Positions 36,616-45,369 of a DNA stretch of 64,000 bases are shown here, piece after piece. Numbering within the stretch: the first letter of the stretch is position 1; each line of letters opens with the position of its first letter. Location: IMG/VR virus record IMGVR_UViG_3300001782_000005, positions 1 through 64,000 of that record, one strand, 5' to 3'. A program made the position numbers and the translations under genes. The notes beneath the pieces are model-generated. The model ran no database searches. It saw only the letters and a list, made by a program, of their open reading frames with translations, and was not told the DNA's origin.

Positions 36616-36991
36616 TTACTTCCATCACTCCTAGATTTATGAGTAGTACTAATGCTTCTCTGAATCTAAGTGTAATCCAAAGAGCGGCCATATTAGCTAC
36701 AAAGTCCCCAAACATTGAAGCGAGTACAGATAGAGTTGCAGTCAACATAATTGTGGTAATTGTAAGATTAATATGTGTTGATTCATATGGTCGCCTAAAT
36801 ACAGTAAGCGCAATTGTAGAATAAAAGATCACAAGTAGTAGATAACCAAATTGGCCCTTAAATACTACAGGATAAAGGAAAAGTACAGCAATACTAATAA
36901 GATATATTGGTGTATCTTTCACAAAGGCCGCCGCTATATCTCTACGATCTATTGACTTCAACCAATATTGTCTGAGGTTCACTAATATCAC
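36584..36991 (-). CDS. Integral membrane protein (about 4 TM)
   Basis: Multiple hydrophobic helices; SD AAGGAGGTG; GTG start. Confidence 0.6.
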   Translation of the reverse strand: MILVNLRQYWLKSIDRRDIAAAFVKDTPIYLISIAVLFLYPVVFKGQFGYLLLVIFYSTIALTVFRRPYESTHINLTITTIMLTATLSVLASMFGDFVANMAALWITLRFREALVLLINLGVMEVNESKSRFRNK

Positions 36992-36998
36992 CTCCTTA

Positions 36999-37084
36999 GA
37001 AAAAAAAGTGCCCGGGCAGGCGATCAGTTAGGACGAACCTCCGTAGAGGCCTGGGGCCTGACCAATCACACCACACCGGGCACA
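36999..37084 (-). terminator. Extended multi-helix hairpin ending in a U tract
   Basis: GTGCCCGG/CCGGGCAC outer stem, inner stem, C(UACG)G tetraloop, TTTTTTT on the - strand after the OmpA gene. Confidence 0.6.
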
Positions 37085-37109
37085 CCATAACTACCAGATA
37101 GGTAGTCTT

Positions 37110-37823
37110 CTACTTGTATTGAATGATCTCAACACGACGGTTTTTCTGCCTGTTGAATGGACTGTCTTTCCCGCCCACTAGGTTGGGAAATAGTGGGAAG
37201 AGTTCACCCTTGGCCTTGATTGAGTGAATCTGACTGGGGTTTACACCCTGCTTGATAAGATGGTTCTCAGAAGACCTAGCACGCCTTTCAGATAGTCCTT
37301 GGTTGTACTCTTCCGAACCAAAGGAGTCAGTATGACCAATAATAACAACTTTGACGTCCGGGTTAGCTTTTAGGTCCTCAGCTACCCTATCAAGAACCTC
37401 GGCCGCATCTGGTCTGATGTTTGATTTGTCGAAGTCGAATAGTGCGTTATCCCATTTGAGGACAACAGGTTTGACTTCTTCAACAACAGGAGCCGCCTGA
37501 CAATCACAGGCCTCTTGTGCTTTTGCAAGTGCCTGCTTAATCAGATCCCAGGCTTCTGCACTATCACATCTTACCCATGCATCATAAGCGGCGGCCTTCA
37601 ACCTCTGTGCCTCGTTGTAGATATCGGGGCAATTCTTCATTCCGTTCTTCTCACATTCTTTTAGTTTTGCCTCGACCTCCATTAAGGCATCAGAAAAACC
37701 TTGGTTCTCCATTTCGGTCGAATAGACCTGAAGTGGTTGTTCCGGGGCCTTTGCCTTTTTAGCACATGCTACTGGAAGTACCAGAAAGAGTGCTAGTGAG
37801 ATTAACAATAATTTCCTCGCCAT
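37110..37823 (-). CDS. OmpA-family peptidoglycan-binding (lipo)protein
   Basis: LFDFDKSNI, IIGHTDSFGSEEYNQGLSERRA, NRRVEI; signal peptide ending LPVAC. Confidence 0.92.
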   Translation of the reverse strand: MARKLLLISLALFLVLPVACAKKAKAPEQPLQVYSTEMENQGFSDALMEVEAKLKECEKNGMKNCPDIYNEAQRLKAAAYDAWVRCDSAEAWDLIKQALAKAQEACDCQAAPVVEEVKPVVLKWDNALFDFDKSNIRPDAAEVLDRVAEDLKANPDVKVVIIGHTDSFGSEEYNQGLSERRARSSENHLIKQGVNPSQIHSIKAKGELFPLFPNLVGGKDSPFNRQKNRRVEIIQYK

Positions 37824-37842
37824 GTCTTAATTCCTCCTTTCA

Positions 37843-38970
37843 CTATTTGCTTTCTCCGAATAAAAACCTGAATTTGATTTCACCTGATACATTAAGATTC
37901 AGATCAAATCTTCTGTCCACAGAATTAAGAATGTCAGCAATAGCTTTAGTTATTCCTTCAGCTACATCTTCGACTCCCTTCTTAACTTCTGCTTCTAATT
38001 CTTTTAGTTTCCGTTCCGTATCGTCAACCACTTCCTCAGGTTTCGGTTCTACCTTTGGAACTTCAACTTTTGGTTTATCGAATTTTGGGCCACGAGTGTA
38101 GAATTCTTCAGCAAAATCAGATGGAGAACTGAAAAGCTCTTTTCCAAACTCAACTTTACGTCTCAGTCTCCTTGCTCCTCCCACCCCGATATTTTCAATA
38201 ACTAATAGATCTCTCATTCGATTATCAATTCTTGAGAGTAGGGAAGATGCTGAACGCTTAGATATTCCAAGAGTGCCTGCTACATCTTCAGTCACGGCCC
38301 ACGCCTCATCTCCTTCTAACTTACTTTTTGCGTAGAGATACATTAAAGCACCACGCATCAAATCTTTTGATCTGGGTTGTTTCGTTACTTTTGTTGGTTT
38401 TGGTTTCATCCGTGGTTTGACTGGCCTTACTTTCTTTTTCTTCCTCTCATCTCGACGATAATACTCTTCAACAAATTCTTTTGCGTTGTCAAATGGAATA
38501 TCGTCTTTCACACGCCGTAAGATCTTCTTTTCATCAAACTTTCTCTCAAGAAGATCCCCCATCTTTCTGTCGATGGCAGTCATTACTGACGATGACGTAG
38601 TTTTTGGAACTTCTAAGTGAATAGATAACTCCTCCGTACCTATCCATTTTTCGGTTCCATAAGTTTGATCAAAAAGGAAAGCTAAGGCCACCATGGTCCT
38701 ATCCGATCTCCTTTTTTTCACCATTTTTAACATCCTCTCAAATTCAATTTGTTTAATTTCATCTTTTGAAAATTGTCTAACTGGTCCGTGTTTTCCCCTC
38801 CTTTCTGAATTTCTAATTTTTACAAATTTTCTTTTACACTTAGACATCTTAATTAGATCTTCAAGAATTGACTCTCTAGTTTCCGGACACTCAATTCCAA
38901 GGTTTGTGGGATCTAATGGGATGCCTTCAAGAGTAATGCCTCTGAGATTTGGAACTGTAGTAGTTGTCAT
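37843..38970 (-). CDS. Putative DNA-binding protein with two tandem winged-HTH-like units
   Basis: Repeated unit: AL.FL...W..TE...HL...K...SS....ID..M.DLL...RR...F....F.EE.Y.R; Lys/Pro-rich linkers. Confidence 0.5.
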   Translation of the reverse strand: MTTTTVPNLRGITLEGIPLDPTNLGIECPETRESILEDLIKMSKCKRKFVKIRNSERRGKHGPVRQFSKDEIKQIEFERMLKMVKKRRSDRTMVALAFLFDQTYGTEKWIGTEELSIHLEVPKTTSSSVMTAIDRKMGDLLERKFDEKKILRRVKDDIPFDNAKEFVEEYYRRDERKKKKVRPVKPRMKPKPTKVTKQPRSKDLMRGALMYLYAKSKLEGDEAWAVTEDVAGTLGISKRSASSLLSRIDNRMRDLLVIENIGVGGARRLRRKVEFGKELFSSPSDFAEEFYTRGPKFDKPKVEVPKVEPKPEEVVDDTERKLKELEAEVKKGVEDVAEGITKAIADILNSVDRRFDLNLNVSGEIKFRFLFGESK

Positions 38971-39009
38971 TTCCCACTCTCCTCTGATATTTGGGAAGAA
39001 ATAGGGGGT

Positions 39010-39195
39010 TACAATCCTTTTTCGTCAGGGCATGGACCCCCGGCCATATCTATCCCTTAGCCAAATAAAAGACCATTCCGAAAGGGTTTTCCGGCACGTC
39101 AGAATCTAGTCTTATACCACAGGATTGCAGGTGGCCAGAGGAGTTTCGTGCCAACCACCATATCTGCTAGTGAGGTGGCGACTGGGGGGATAAAC
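39010..39195 (-). ncRNA. Candidate structured RNA with pseudoknot potential
   Basis: GC-richer intergenic stretch with interleaved helices GGUGGUU/GGCCACC and GGCACG/CGUGCC; no known family recognised. Confidence 0.35.
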
Positions 39196-39198
39196 TAT

Positions 39199-39981
39199 TT
39201 AATCAAGGAAGGTTACACCTGCACTCCAACGTCCCTCGAACTCACGGTTCATTACAACCAGGTGCCATCCTTGTAACTTAAGGGTCTTGTGATCTGGATG
39301 ACTGATTGTCCCTCTTGCATAAACACTTTCAACTCGGGACATTTCTCGCATAATTTCATTACCTTCTTTATCATAACGACCAGTACCAACAAGTGTTGTC
39401 CGTGAACCAGTCCTTATGACTTCAGAAGCTATATGCGGTCTACCTGCCATACGACCACGAACCATTCTAACTAGAGGTTCATTAGTATGAATGTGATTTC
39501 CTTCTTCCTCAAAATCTGGTTGAGGGATAAAATACCACTCTCCCTGCCTTAAAACCTTTTCTCCCCTCCTTTCTGCTTCTATGACAGGGTCTCTTTTTAG
39601 ACTATCAATAGCTTGCTCGACTGTAGTTACACGAGCATCACTTGGAAGATTTGCAATGAAATATTCTCTCTCGTCATGACCACATAGGAGACGATCAATA
39701 ATACCCGGTTCATTTTCAACTCCCAATAGAATATGACGAGTCTCAGGTCGATAAGAAAGAACCTTTATACGCTCATGGTTATCAATGAAAAGGATGAATT
39801 TCTCACCCTTACGAGTACGGAGAATATCAAATGCAAAATCTGGATCTGGCTCTCTAGTAAAACTTCTTATCCTCCTATTCCAAACGCTCTCAGCCTCTTG
39901 CCTATCATTACGAACATCAATCTCAAGATTGCACCGACTGAAGTGCTTTTTCAGAACTTTCTTCCAATGGTCGTACTGCAT
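39199..39981 (-). CDS. Hypothetical protein with RQGEWYFIP...H...HPDH motif
   Basis: His-rich beta motif family; ATG 39981 has SD GGAAGGA. Confidence 0.6.
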   Translation of the reverse strand: MQYDHWKKVLKKHFSRCNLEIDVRNDRQEAESVWNRRIRSFTREPDPDFAFDILRTRKGEKFILFIDNHERIKVLSYRPETRHILLGVENEPGIIDRLLCGHDEREYFIANLPSDARVTTVEQAIDSLKRDPVIEAERRGEKVLRQGEWYFIPQPDFEEEGNHIHTNEPLVRMVRGRMAGRPHIASEVIRTGSRTTLVGTGRYDKEGNEIMREMSRVESVYARGTISHPDHKTLKLQGWHLVVMNREFEGRWSAGVTFLD

Positions 39982-40363
39982 CTGAAATCCTTCCCTTCTG
40001 TTTGTCACTAAATTTAGCTAATTTTTCTTTGATCTTATCAATGTGTGCACCAACATTTAAGATAATATATGGCGCACCAGCAGGAGTATCAATCCTTTCA
40101 ACAATTACTCCTAACTCGTTAAGAACCCTTAGAGTATAATCAAAAACCTCTGGGCAGTCGTAAAAGTCCTCCGAACTTACACTCCCATCCATTAAAAGCA
40201 TATCAAAACTCGTGATAACATCATCTATGTGAACTCGTGAATTATCGAGAATATTAGCGTGTTCACGTATACTAAGAAAATTCCTAACATCAAAACAGTT
40301 AGGTAAAACAACTATGTAATTGATAGAGGAACTATTTGTTACAAAATCTGATTTGATCTTCAA
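39923..40363 (-). CDS. FVTNSSS-motif protein (paralog 2)
   Basis: TTG start gives (M)KIKSDFVTNSSSINYIV, in register with the other paralogs. Confidence 0.7.
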   Translation of the reverse strand: MKIKSDFVTNSSSINYIVVLPNCFDVRNFLSIREHANILDNSRVHIDDVITSFDMLLMDGSVSSEDFYDCPEVFDYTLRVLNELGVIVERIDTPAGAPYIILNVGAHIDKIKEKLAKFSDKQKGRISDAVRPLEESSEKALQSVQS

Positions 40364-40374
40364 CTTTTCCCCCA

Positions 40375-40743
40375 TTATTGGTTGGATATTACTTCAAATT
40401 TGATACTCTTAACCTTCTGTAAGAAGAAATGTGTCATATCCGGTCTTACATTAATATGTTCCATAATTATATGACCCATGTAATACGGAACATTACTATA
40501 ATCGTTGAACATTGAAGTTCCATCCTCCAACCTAAAATTTTTGGAATTAAGCATTGTAATTGTTGGTTGAAAGAATCTGAGATTTTTAAAATCATCTCGA
40601 TAACTATATACATTCTGCATCTTATTCATATAATCACCGAAAAGATTAAAGAAATCATCAAGAGTAAAATCCTCTGTCATCTCTAGAAATAAATAGAAAC
40701 TCGCAGAGCTGCTATTGGTTACGAAATCACTTTTTATCTTCAT
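40375..40743 (-). CDS. FVTNSSS-motif protein (paralog 3)
   Basis: MKIKSDFVTNSSSASFYL. Confidence 0.8.
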   Translation of the reverse strand: MKIKSDFVTNSSSASFYLFLEMTEDFTLDDFFNLFGDYMNKMQNVYSYRDDFKNLRFFQPTITMLNSKNFRLEDGTSMFNDYSNVPYYMGHIIMEHINVRPDMTHFFLQKVKSIKFEVISNQ

Positions 40744-41035
40744 GAAACCTCATCCATTCTTGACCATTATCAGAGATAATTCTCGTAAATAAACGACTAC
40801 AACGTTTACATTTAAAGGTTGTCACATTCCTCATAAATCTTGCTGGCCTTGGTTTCCCTCCACAATCTGGACATATTTGTTTCTCCATTATTAGATAAGT
40901 AAGTTTATCATGGTTTACTTCAAGTTTACCACATATGCTTGAGCAATTAGGAAAAACTATACACTCAACACAAGGGAAACCGTCTGGAAGTAATAATTCA
41001 ATTGGAAGATCGGCCTTAAAGGTGAGGGAACTCAT
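40727..41035 (-). CDS. Cys-rich zinc-finger protein
   Basis: CVEC...CSSIC, CPDCGG...CKRCS; ATG 41035 with SD GAGGAG. Confidence 0.55.
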   Translation of the reverse strand: MSSLTFKADLPIELLLPDGFPCVECIVFPNCSSICGKLEVNHDKLTYLIMEKQICPDCGGKPRPARFMRNVTTFKCKRCSRLFTRIISDNGQEWMRFHEDKK

Positions 41036-41417
41036 GACCACACTCCTCATAGTAACTATTCTCTCCATAACTTGCAGGAAATATATCATGGTCCATGTCT
41101 GAGAGAGATTCATCTCTTAATACCCACACAATCCATCTACTATTTGATTCTTTAGCGTAGTGGAGTACGTGTGAATATAATAATGACTGGTATTCATTTG
41201 CGAGTACATGATCTTTAGTATGGACAGCAGCATCTATATATTTATGTATTGTTTCTCTAATATGATCTGCACTATCCCACTCCCTACCATACGACTGTAA
41301 ATAAGCTATCGCCTCTTCTTTTGTAAATTTGGTTTCTGGATCTTTCTCGTATTTTTTCCAGTTGATTACAAAAGCAGTTGAGCTACTGTTTGTCACGAAG
41401 TCTTGTTTTATCTTCAA
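41016..41417 (-). CDS. FVTNSSS-motif protein (paralog 4)
   Basis: MKIKQDFVTNSSSTAFVI. Confidence 0.8.
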   Translation of the reverse strand: MKIKQDFVTNSSSTAFVINWKKYEKDPETKFTKEEAIAYLQSYGREWDSADHIRETIHKYIDAAVHTKDHVLANEYQSLLYSHVLHYAKESNSRWIVWVLRDESLSDMDHDIFPASYGENSYYEECGHEFPHL

Positions 41418-41805
41418 TTAATCCTCCAATCTCCTTTATTCTATTAAAGATATCAGCTAATCCAATATTCACTATGAGGTTATTACCTTCATAAGGTAAA
41501 TCGTAATCTGCTATTATAAAGTTGAGATCTCTGCAGATATCTATTACAATCCACATATATAATCGACTGCTATCAAACAAAAGGTTTTCAATTATGTTTC
41601 CCTCTTCAAGGAGTTTGTCGAAAAAATTCTCTATCATATTGACTTGCATTCCATCATCACTGAATTCCATATAGCTCTCGAAACGATTAAAGATTCCTCC
41701 CTTTTCTAACATTGATAGATGATCTTGTAATTTAAATTCTGATGGAATCATAACGACATAACAAGTAGAAGAACTGTTAGTTACAAAGTCAGATTTAACC
41801 TTCAC
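41383..41805 (-). CDS. FVTNSSS-motif protein (paralog 5)
   Basis: MKVKSDFVTNSSSTCYVV. Confidence 0.8.
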   Translation of the reverse strand: MKVKSDFVTNSSSTCYVVMIPSEFKLQDHLSMLEKGGIFNRFESYMEFSDDGMQVNMIENFFDKLLEEGNIIENLLFDSSRLYMWIVIDICRDLNFIIADYDLPYEGNNLIVNIGLADIFNRIKEIGGLIEDKTRLRDKQ

Positions 41806-42197
41806 TCTTTCTCCTTTGGAAATCTAATAACTACAGATTCAGTTACTTCGATAAACCCGTATTTTCCAAACCACACTTTCAACTCTTCTAAATTCATTCT
41901 TCCATACGGATTTATTGGGTTGATAATTGCGATACCCTTCTCATCACAAAGTTCAACCAAACGCTTCATTAAGACTGTACCATGACCCTTCCCTTCTTCC
42001 ATCGACTTTATTCTATGAAAGAAGAACAAAGGATGTGAACATTCTATATTATAACCTGATAGAAATTCTTTGTGTTTTTGCATTCCAAATGCTGATAACT
42101 CGCAAATTGCTCCTCTGTTAGTCATTAGGCAGATAACTTCATCAGTGATGGTTTCATGCATTATCCTTGGCTCCATTGCCAACTCCTTAGAATCCAA
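41802..42197 (-). CDS. GNAT-like acetyltransferase
   Basis: FHRIKSMEEGKGHGTVLM...WFGKYGF. Confidence 0.65.
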   Translation of the reverse strand: MDSKELAMEPRIMHETITDEVICLMTNRGAICELSAFGMQKHKEFLSGYNIECSHPLFFFHRIKSMEEGKGHGTVLMKRLVELCDEKGIAIINPINPYGRMNLEELKVWFGKYGFIEVTESVVIRFPKEKE

Positions 42198-43188
42198 ATG
42201 GACACTTTTCTCTATTTTGTTTTAGTGTCAACCTAGTTGATACAAAACCACGACTATTATTCCATGCCCTTTTGATAGACATTTTACGCAGGGAAATACC
42301 GCGTCTGCTGTGATCTGCAAATGAACATGGAACTAACATCATATCCGGACTTATATAGCATGACATACGAGCAGCCTCGCATGTATCAAGGAACATCTCC
42401 TCACTCTTGGTCAGACTTGTAATTTGCACAAGTCTATTAACGAGACATGAATCCATGCCTATTTTGAATTTTGTTTTACCTGCCAACCTTAGATCAACAA
42501 ACTCTTTCAACTCACCGTTTGTTAGACTCCAATTCTTCAAATCTTTTCCTCTGCCCTGCGGTTTGAACAATAGGAAAATGACAGCATTTAATTGATCTAG
42601 ATCAATCTTTCCGCTCCAAACATCTTCACCTTTGAGAATATTTACTGCTTTTTCCAAGGATTTTTTAGACAATAGAAAATGTAGATTTGTCTTTATATCA
42701 GAATCCATGAGTTTTTGTAAAGCTCCAAATGTGAAGTCTTGACCATAGTCCGATACTGCAACGGCCCCACACATCTTTGATATCTCGATGTGTTTGCTTG
42801 TCAGACCTAGACCTGATGTTGTGTAATTGGGGACTACGATATTTTCCCGAGCATAACCAACAATCTCTCCAAAGTTTTCGTGTAAATTTGGATCCCCCCT
42901 TCCTCCTAAGGCCACTTGATTTGTGAAGGTTTTAGATTCATTTATTATCCTCTTAAAATCTTCTAACTTCATATTTGGTTGTTTTTGACTACCTTGATAA
43001 CAAAACTTACACTCATTAGGACAATGGCCCATAATCCCAATATCAATTAAATTTGGGTAGTCAAGCATGAATGGATCAGGAAAACCATGTTTTCCAAAAA
43101 TGATCTCTTTGCCATTTGCCACATTAAAAATAATCACATAGCGATCCGTCTCAACGATCTTTTTCATTCCGACCATTCGTGCGACCAT
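42187..43188 (-). CDS. Radical SAM enzyme with Twitch/SPASM-like C-terminus
   Basis: CPNECKFCY (CxxxCxxC), QVALGGRGDP, NYTTSG; C-terminal CEAARMSCYISPD...PCSF...CP. Confidence 0.92.
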   Translation of the reverse strand: MVARMVGMKKIVETDRYVIIFNVANGKEIIFGKHGFPDPFMLDYPNLIDIGIMGHCPNECKFCYQGSQKQPNMKLEDFKRIINESKTFTNQVALGGRGDPNLHENFGEIVGYARENIVVPNYTTSGLGLTSKHIEISKMCGAVAVSDYGQDFTFGALQKLMDSDIKTNLHFLLSKKSLEKAVNILKGEDVWSGKIDLDQLNAVIFLLFKPQGRGKDLKNWSLTNGELKEFVDLRLAGKTKFKIGMDSCLVNRLVQITSLTKSEEMFLDTCEAARMSCYISPDMMLVPCSFADHSRRGISLRKMSIKRAWNNSRGFVSTRLTLKQNREKCPFGF

Positions 43189-43196
43189 CTTCCCTC

Positions 43197-43391
43197 CTAA
43201 AATCTAGGTATGGTTAATATGAGTAACAATGCCGTTGAAATTGAAACAAAAATGAAACCAATGAAATATGCAACCCGCTTAAGTGTTTTTTTATATGCTC
43301 TAATAATTAGATAAAGACCAAACCAAAATCCAGACACTATCATTAGGAGAAGGAAGAATCTAACAAGTAACATAATATCAAAATTTGGCAT
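43197..43391 (-). CDS. Small two-TM membrane protein
   Basis: Two hydrophobic helices; SD GGAGGT before ATG 43391. Confidence 0.55.
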   Translation of the reverse strand: MPNFDIMLLVRFFLLLMIVSGFWFGLYLIIRAYKKTLKRVAYFIGFIFVSISTALLLILTIPRF

Positions 43392-43425
43392 TTTAGTACC
43401 TCCCCTCGGCATACCTCCTTTCTCG

Positions 43426-43602
43426 CTACCAATTTATTGTGGCCCCAAGTTCTTGAAGAAATAATACACTTTCAATAATTTGTTTCTTTGCTACAATTCG
43501 TAATTCCTCCGTATCTGCTAGATTTTTGCTAATTAGAATCTCACACAATTTCTCAACTGCTTTCTGAGGAACCTCAGGAAAAATATTATTAACATCATTC
43601 AT
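43426..43602 (-). CDS. Small hypothetical protein
   Basis: MNDVNNIFPEVP...; SD AGGAG before ATG 43602. Confidence 0.5.
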   Translation of the reverse strand: MNDVNNIFPEVPQKAVEKLCEILISKNLADTEELRIVAKKQIIESVLFLQELGATINW

Positions 43603-43639
43603 TTTAAATCTCCTATCAGTTTTTTGTTCCAAAATTACT

Positions 43640-43772
43640 AAAAAAATTCCCGGCTTCTAGACAAGGAGGTTATACTGAAGTCCATGCCGTCGCCTACAGC
43701 ATTAGACCTCTTTACTCTTCTTGCTTTTGGGTCTAGGGCCATGTTTTGGAGGTCCAGGAGCCGGGAAATTGA
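43640..43772 (-). ncRNA. Candidate structured leader / small RNA ending in a U tract
   Basis: 11-bp outer stem TTCCCGGCTTC/GGAGCCGGGAA enclosing about 100 nt with an inner TAGACC/GGTCTA stem. Confidence 0.35.
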
Positions 43773-43898
43773 AAAACTAATTAAAAAGACACAACCACAT
43801 TACTTTAAAATTAATATATATAGTTATTCATCTTATTAATGAATCCTCCCATCCAATTTATTCTGGTATAAAGAACAAATTATAAATGCCAACTATCC

Positions 43899-44612
43899 AT
43901 GGAGATAGCGCGAATGAAATTAAGCAAGATAGTAGAGCAATTAACTTCTGGTGGACCGAGAGCTGGTGCAGGTAGGACTGAAGCATGTGCTTGTGAGAAC
44001 AAGACATGTGAGTTATTTGGAAAACCAGTTAAACGACAGAATGATATACTTTGTTCAACTATGAAGTGTACATCGTGTGGTTTAACGCTAGCAAATATTG
44101 AGGATGTTGGAAGTAAATATGAGCAAAAGGTTTTAACCAAAATAGTATCAAAAATTAAAGAGTACGAATCTATTTTTCCTATCGACTGGCCTCACAAAAA
44201 GAAAAAAGTTCTTCGTGTTCCCTATCCCAATGAGCAGGTTAATATGAATGGTAAGAAGATATTGGTTGACCTTGATAGAACACTACACCGATATTCTGAA
44301 GGTTGGTCGGACGGGACAGTTTATGATCCTCCAATACCGGGAGCACGAGAGGCAATGACAGAATTGAAAGAAAGGGGATATCAAATTGTAATTTTTTCGG
44401 CAAGGACAGGAAAGTCTAAGCCCGACTGGAGAGAACAAGAAAGAATGGTGAATGAGTGGCTTATCAAACATGATATTCCATTCGATATGATAACATCTGA
44501 AAAATTACCAGCCGAATTTTATATTGACGATAGAGCAGTCAGATTTGAAGGCAACTGGGCTGCGACTTTACAGGTAATAAAACAATTAGAATCAATGATA
44601 CAGGCCAATTAA
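43899..44612 (+). CDS. Cys-rich Zn-binding domain fused to a HAD-superfamily phosphatase
   Basis: GGPRAG...CAC...C...C...CTSCG, then LVDLDRT (DxDxT), IFSAR, KLPAEFYIDDRA. Confidence 0.75.
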   Translation: MEIARMKLSKIVEQLTSGGPRAGAGRTEACACENKTCELFGKPVKRQNDILCSTMKCTSCGLTLANIEDVGSKYEQKVLTKIVSKIKEYESIFPIDWPHKKKKVLRVPYPNEQVNMNGKKILVDLDRTLHRYSEGWSDGTVYDPPIPGAREAMTELKERGYQIVIFSARTGKSKPDWREQERMVNEWLIKHDIPFDMITSEKLPAEFYIDDRAVRFEGNWAATLQVIKQLESMIQAN

Positions 44613-44623
44613 GGAGGATTTTT

Positions 44624-45349
44624 ATGAAATACTCGTTCGCAGAGTTAGGCCAGAATATACTCACCAGACGGTTTGGCGGGACGACAGTTGGTGTTGCTGA
44701 CCCATACGTTACCGGTTACCATTTTATCTGGTTTGATAAACTTCCGGCCACACTCCCAAACTATACAAGACAAATGAATAGTGGACTGGAGAACCTAAAT
44801 GATATTAGGTATGTACTAGCTGCCTCATGTCTATCGGTTACTCCTCCAGGTGGAACTTTAGCTAAAGTCGAGTTTACCGGACTAGGCGGAGTTAAATGGG
44901 CAGTTCCTGGGAACATCGACTATGGCAACACTGTTTCAATTAAGTTCCTAGAGTTCAACAAAACTCCAATCCTTGATATTTTTCATGGTTGGACTAAACT
45001 GATCCGCGATTATAGGACGGGTGTTACCGAACTAGAAGACGGTGATGATGGTTCTGGTTACACTAAGGCCACTTATGGTTCTCTTATTTACTATTGGACC
45101 ACGGCCCCGGATGCCCAGACAGTTGAATATTTTGCATGCTTTGATGGATGTTTCCCAGCAAAGGATCCACAAGATTTATATACCAGTGATGTTGAAACCG
45201 TTGGAAAACTTGAAGTTGAGATTGAATTTAATGTTGATTACCAATGGCATGAACCGTGGGTTAAATCAAAAATAGTAGACACGTTTATTCCAGCTATCAC
45301 TCAAAGCAGGATTACTGTTGAAGGATATGGTGAGAGACAATCAACATAA
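44624..45349 (+). CDS. Tail tube protein (T4 gp19-like)
   Basis: SVTPPGGTL, PGNIDYG...SIKFLEF, FHGW, FDGCFP, EVEIEFNVD; heads the tail/baseplate operon. Confidence 0.7.
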   Translation: MKYSFAELGQNILTRRFGGTTVGVADPYVTGYHFIWFDKLPATLPNYTRQMNSGLENLNDIRYVLAASCLSVTPPGGTLAKVEFTGLGGVKWAVPGNIDYGNTVSIKFLEFNKTPILDIFHGWTKLIRDYRTGVTELEDGDDGSGYTKATYGSLIYYWTTAPDAQTVEYFACFDGCFPAKDPQDLYTSDVETVGKLEVEIEFNVDYQWHEPWVKSKIVDTFIPAITQSRITVEGYGERQST

Positions 45350-45369
45350 GTTTAATTTAGGAGGAAGTT

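Noticed and set aside
39065-39095. c-di-GMP-I riboswitch-like ACCATTCCGAAAGGG on the + strand
   Set aside because: The following GGGACGCAAAGCC/P2 elements are missing and the strand is opposite to the operon.
39020-39150. Hammerhead ribozyme (CUGACGA and GAAAC on the - strand)
   Set aside because: The core elements are not flanked by compatible stems I-III in a valid order.
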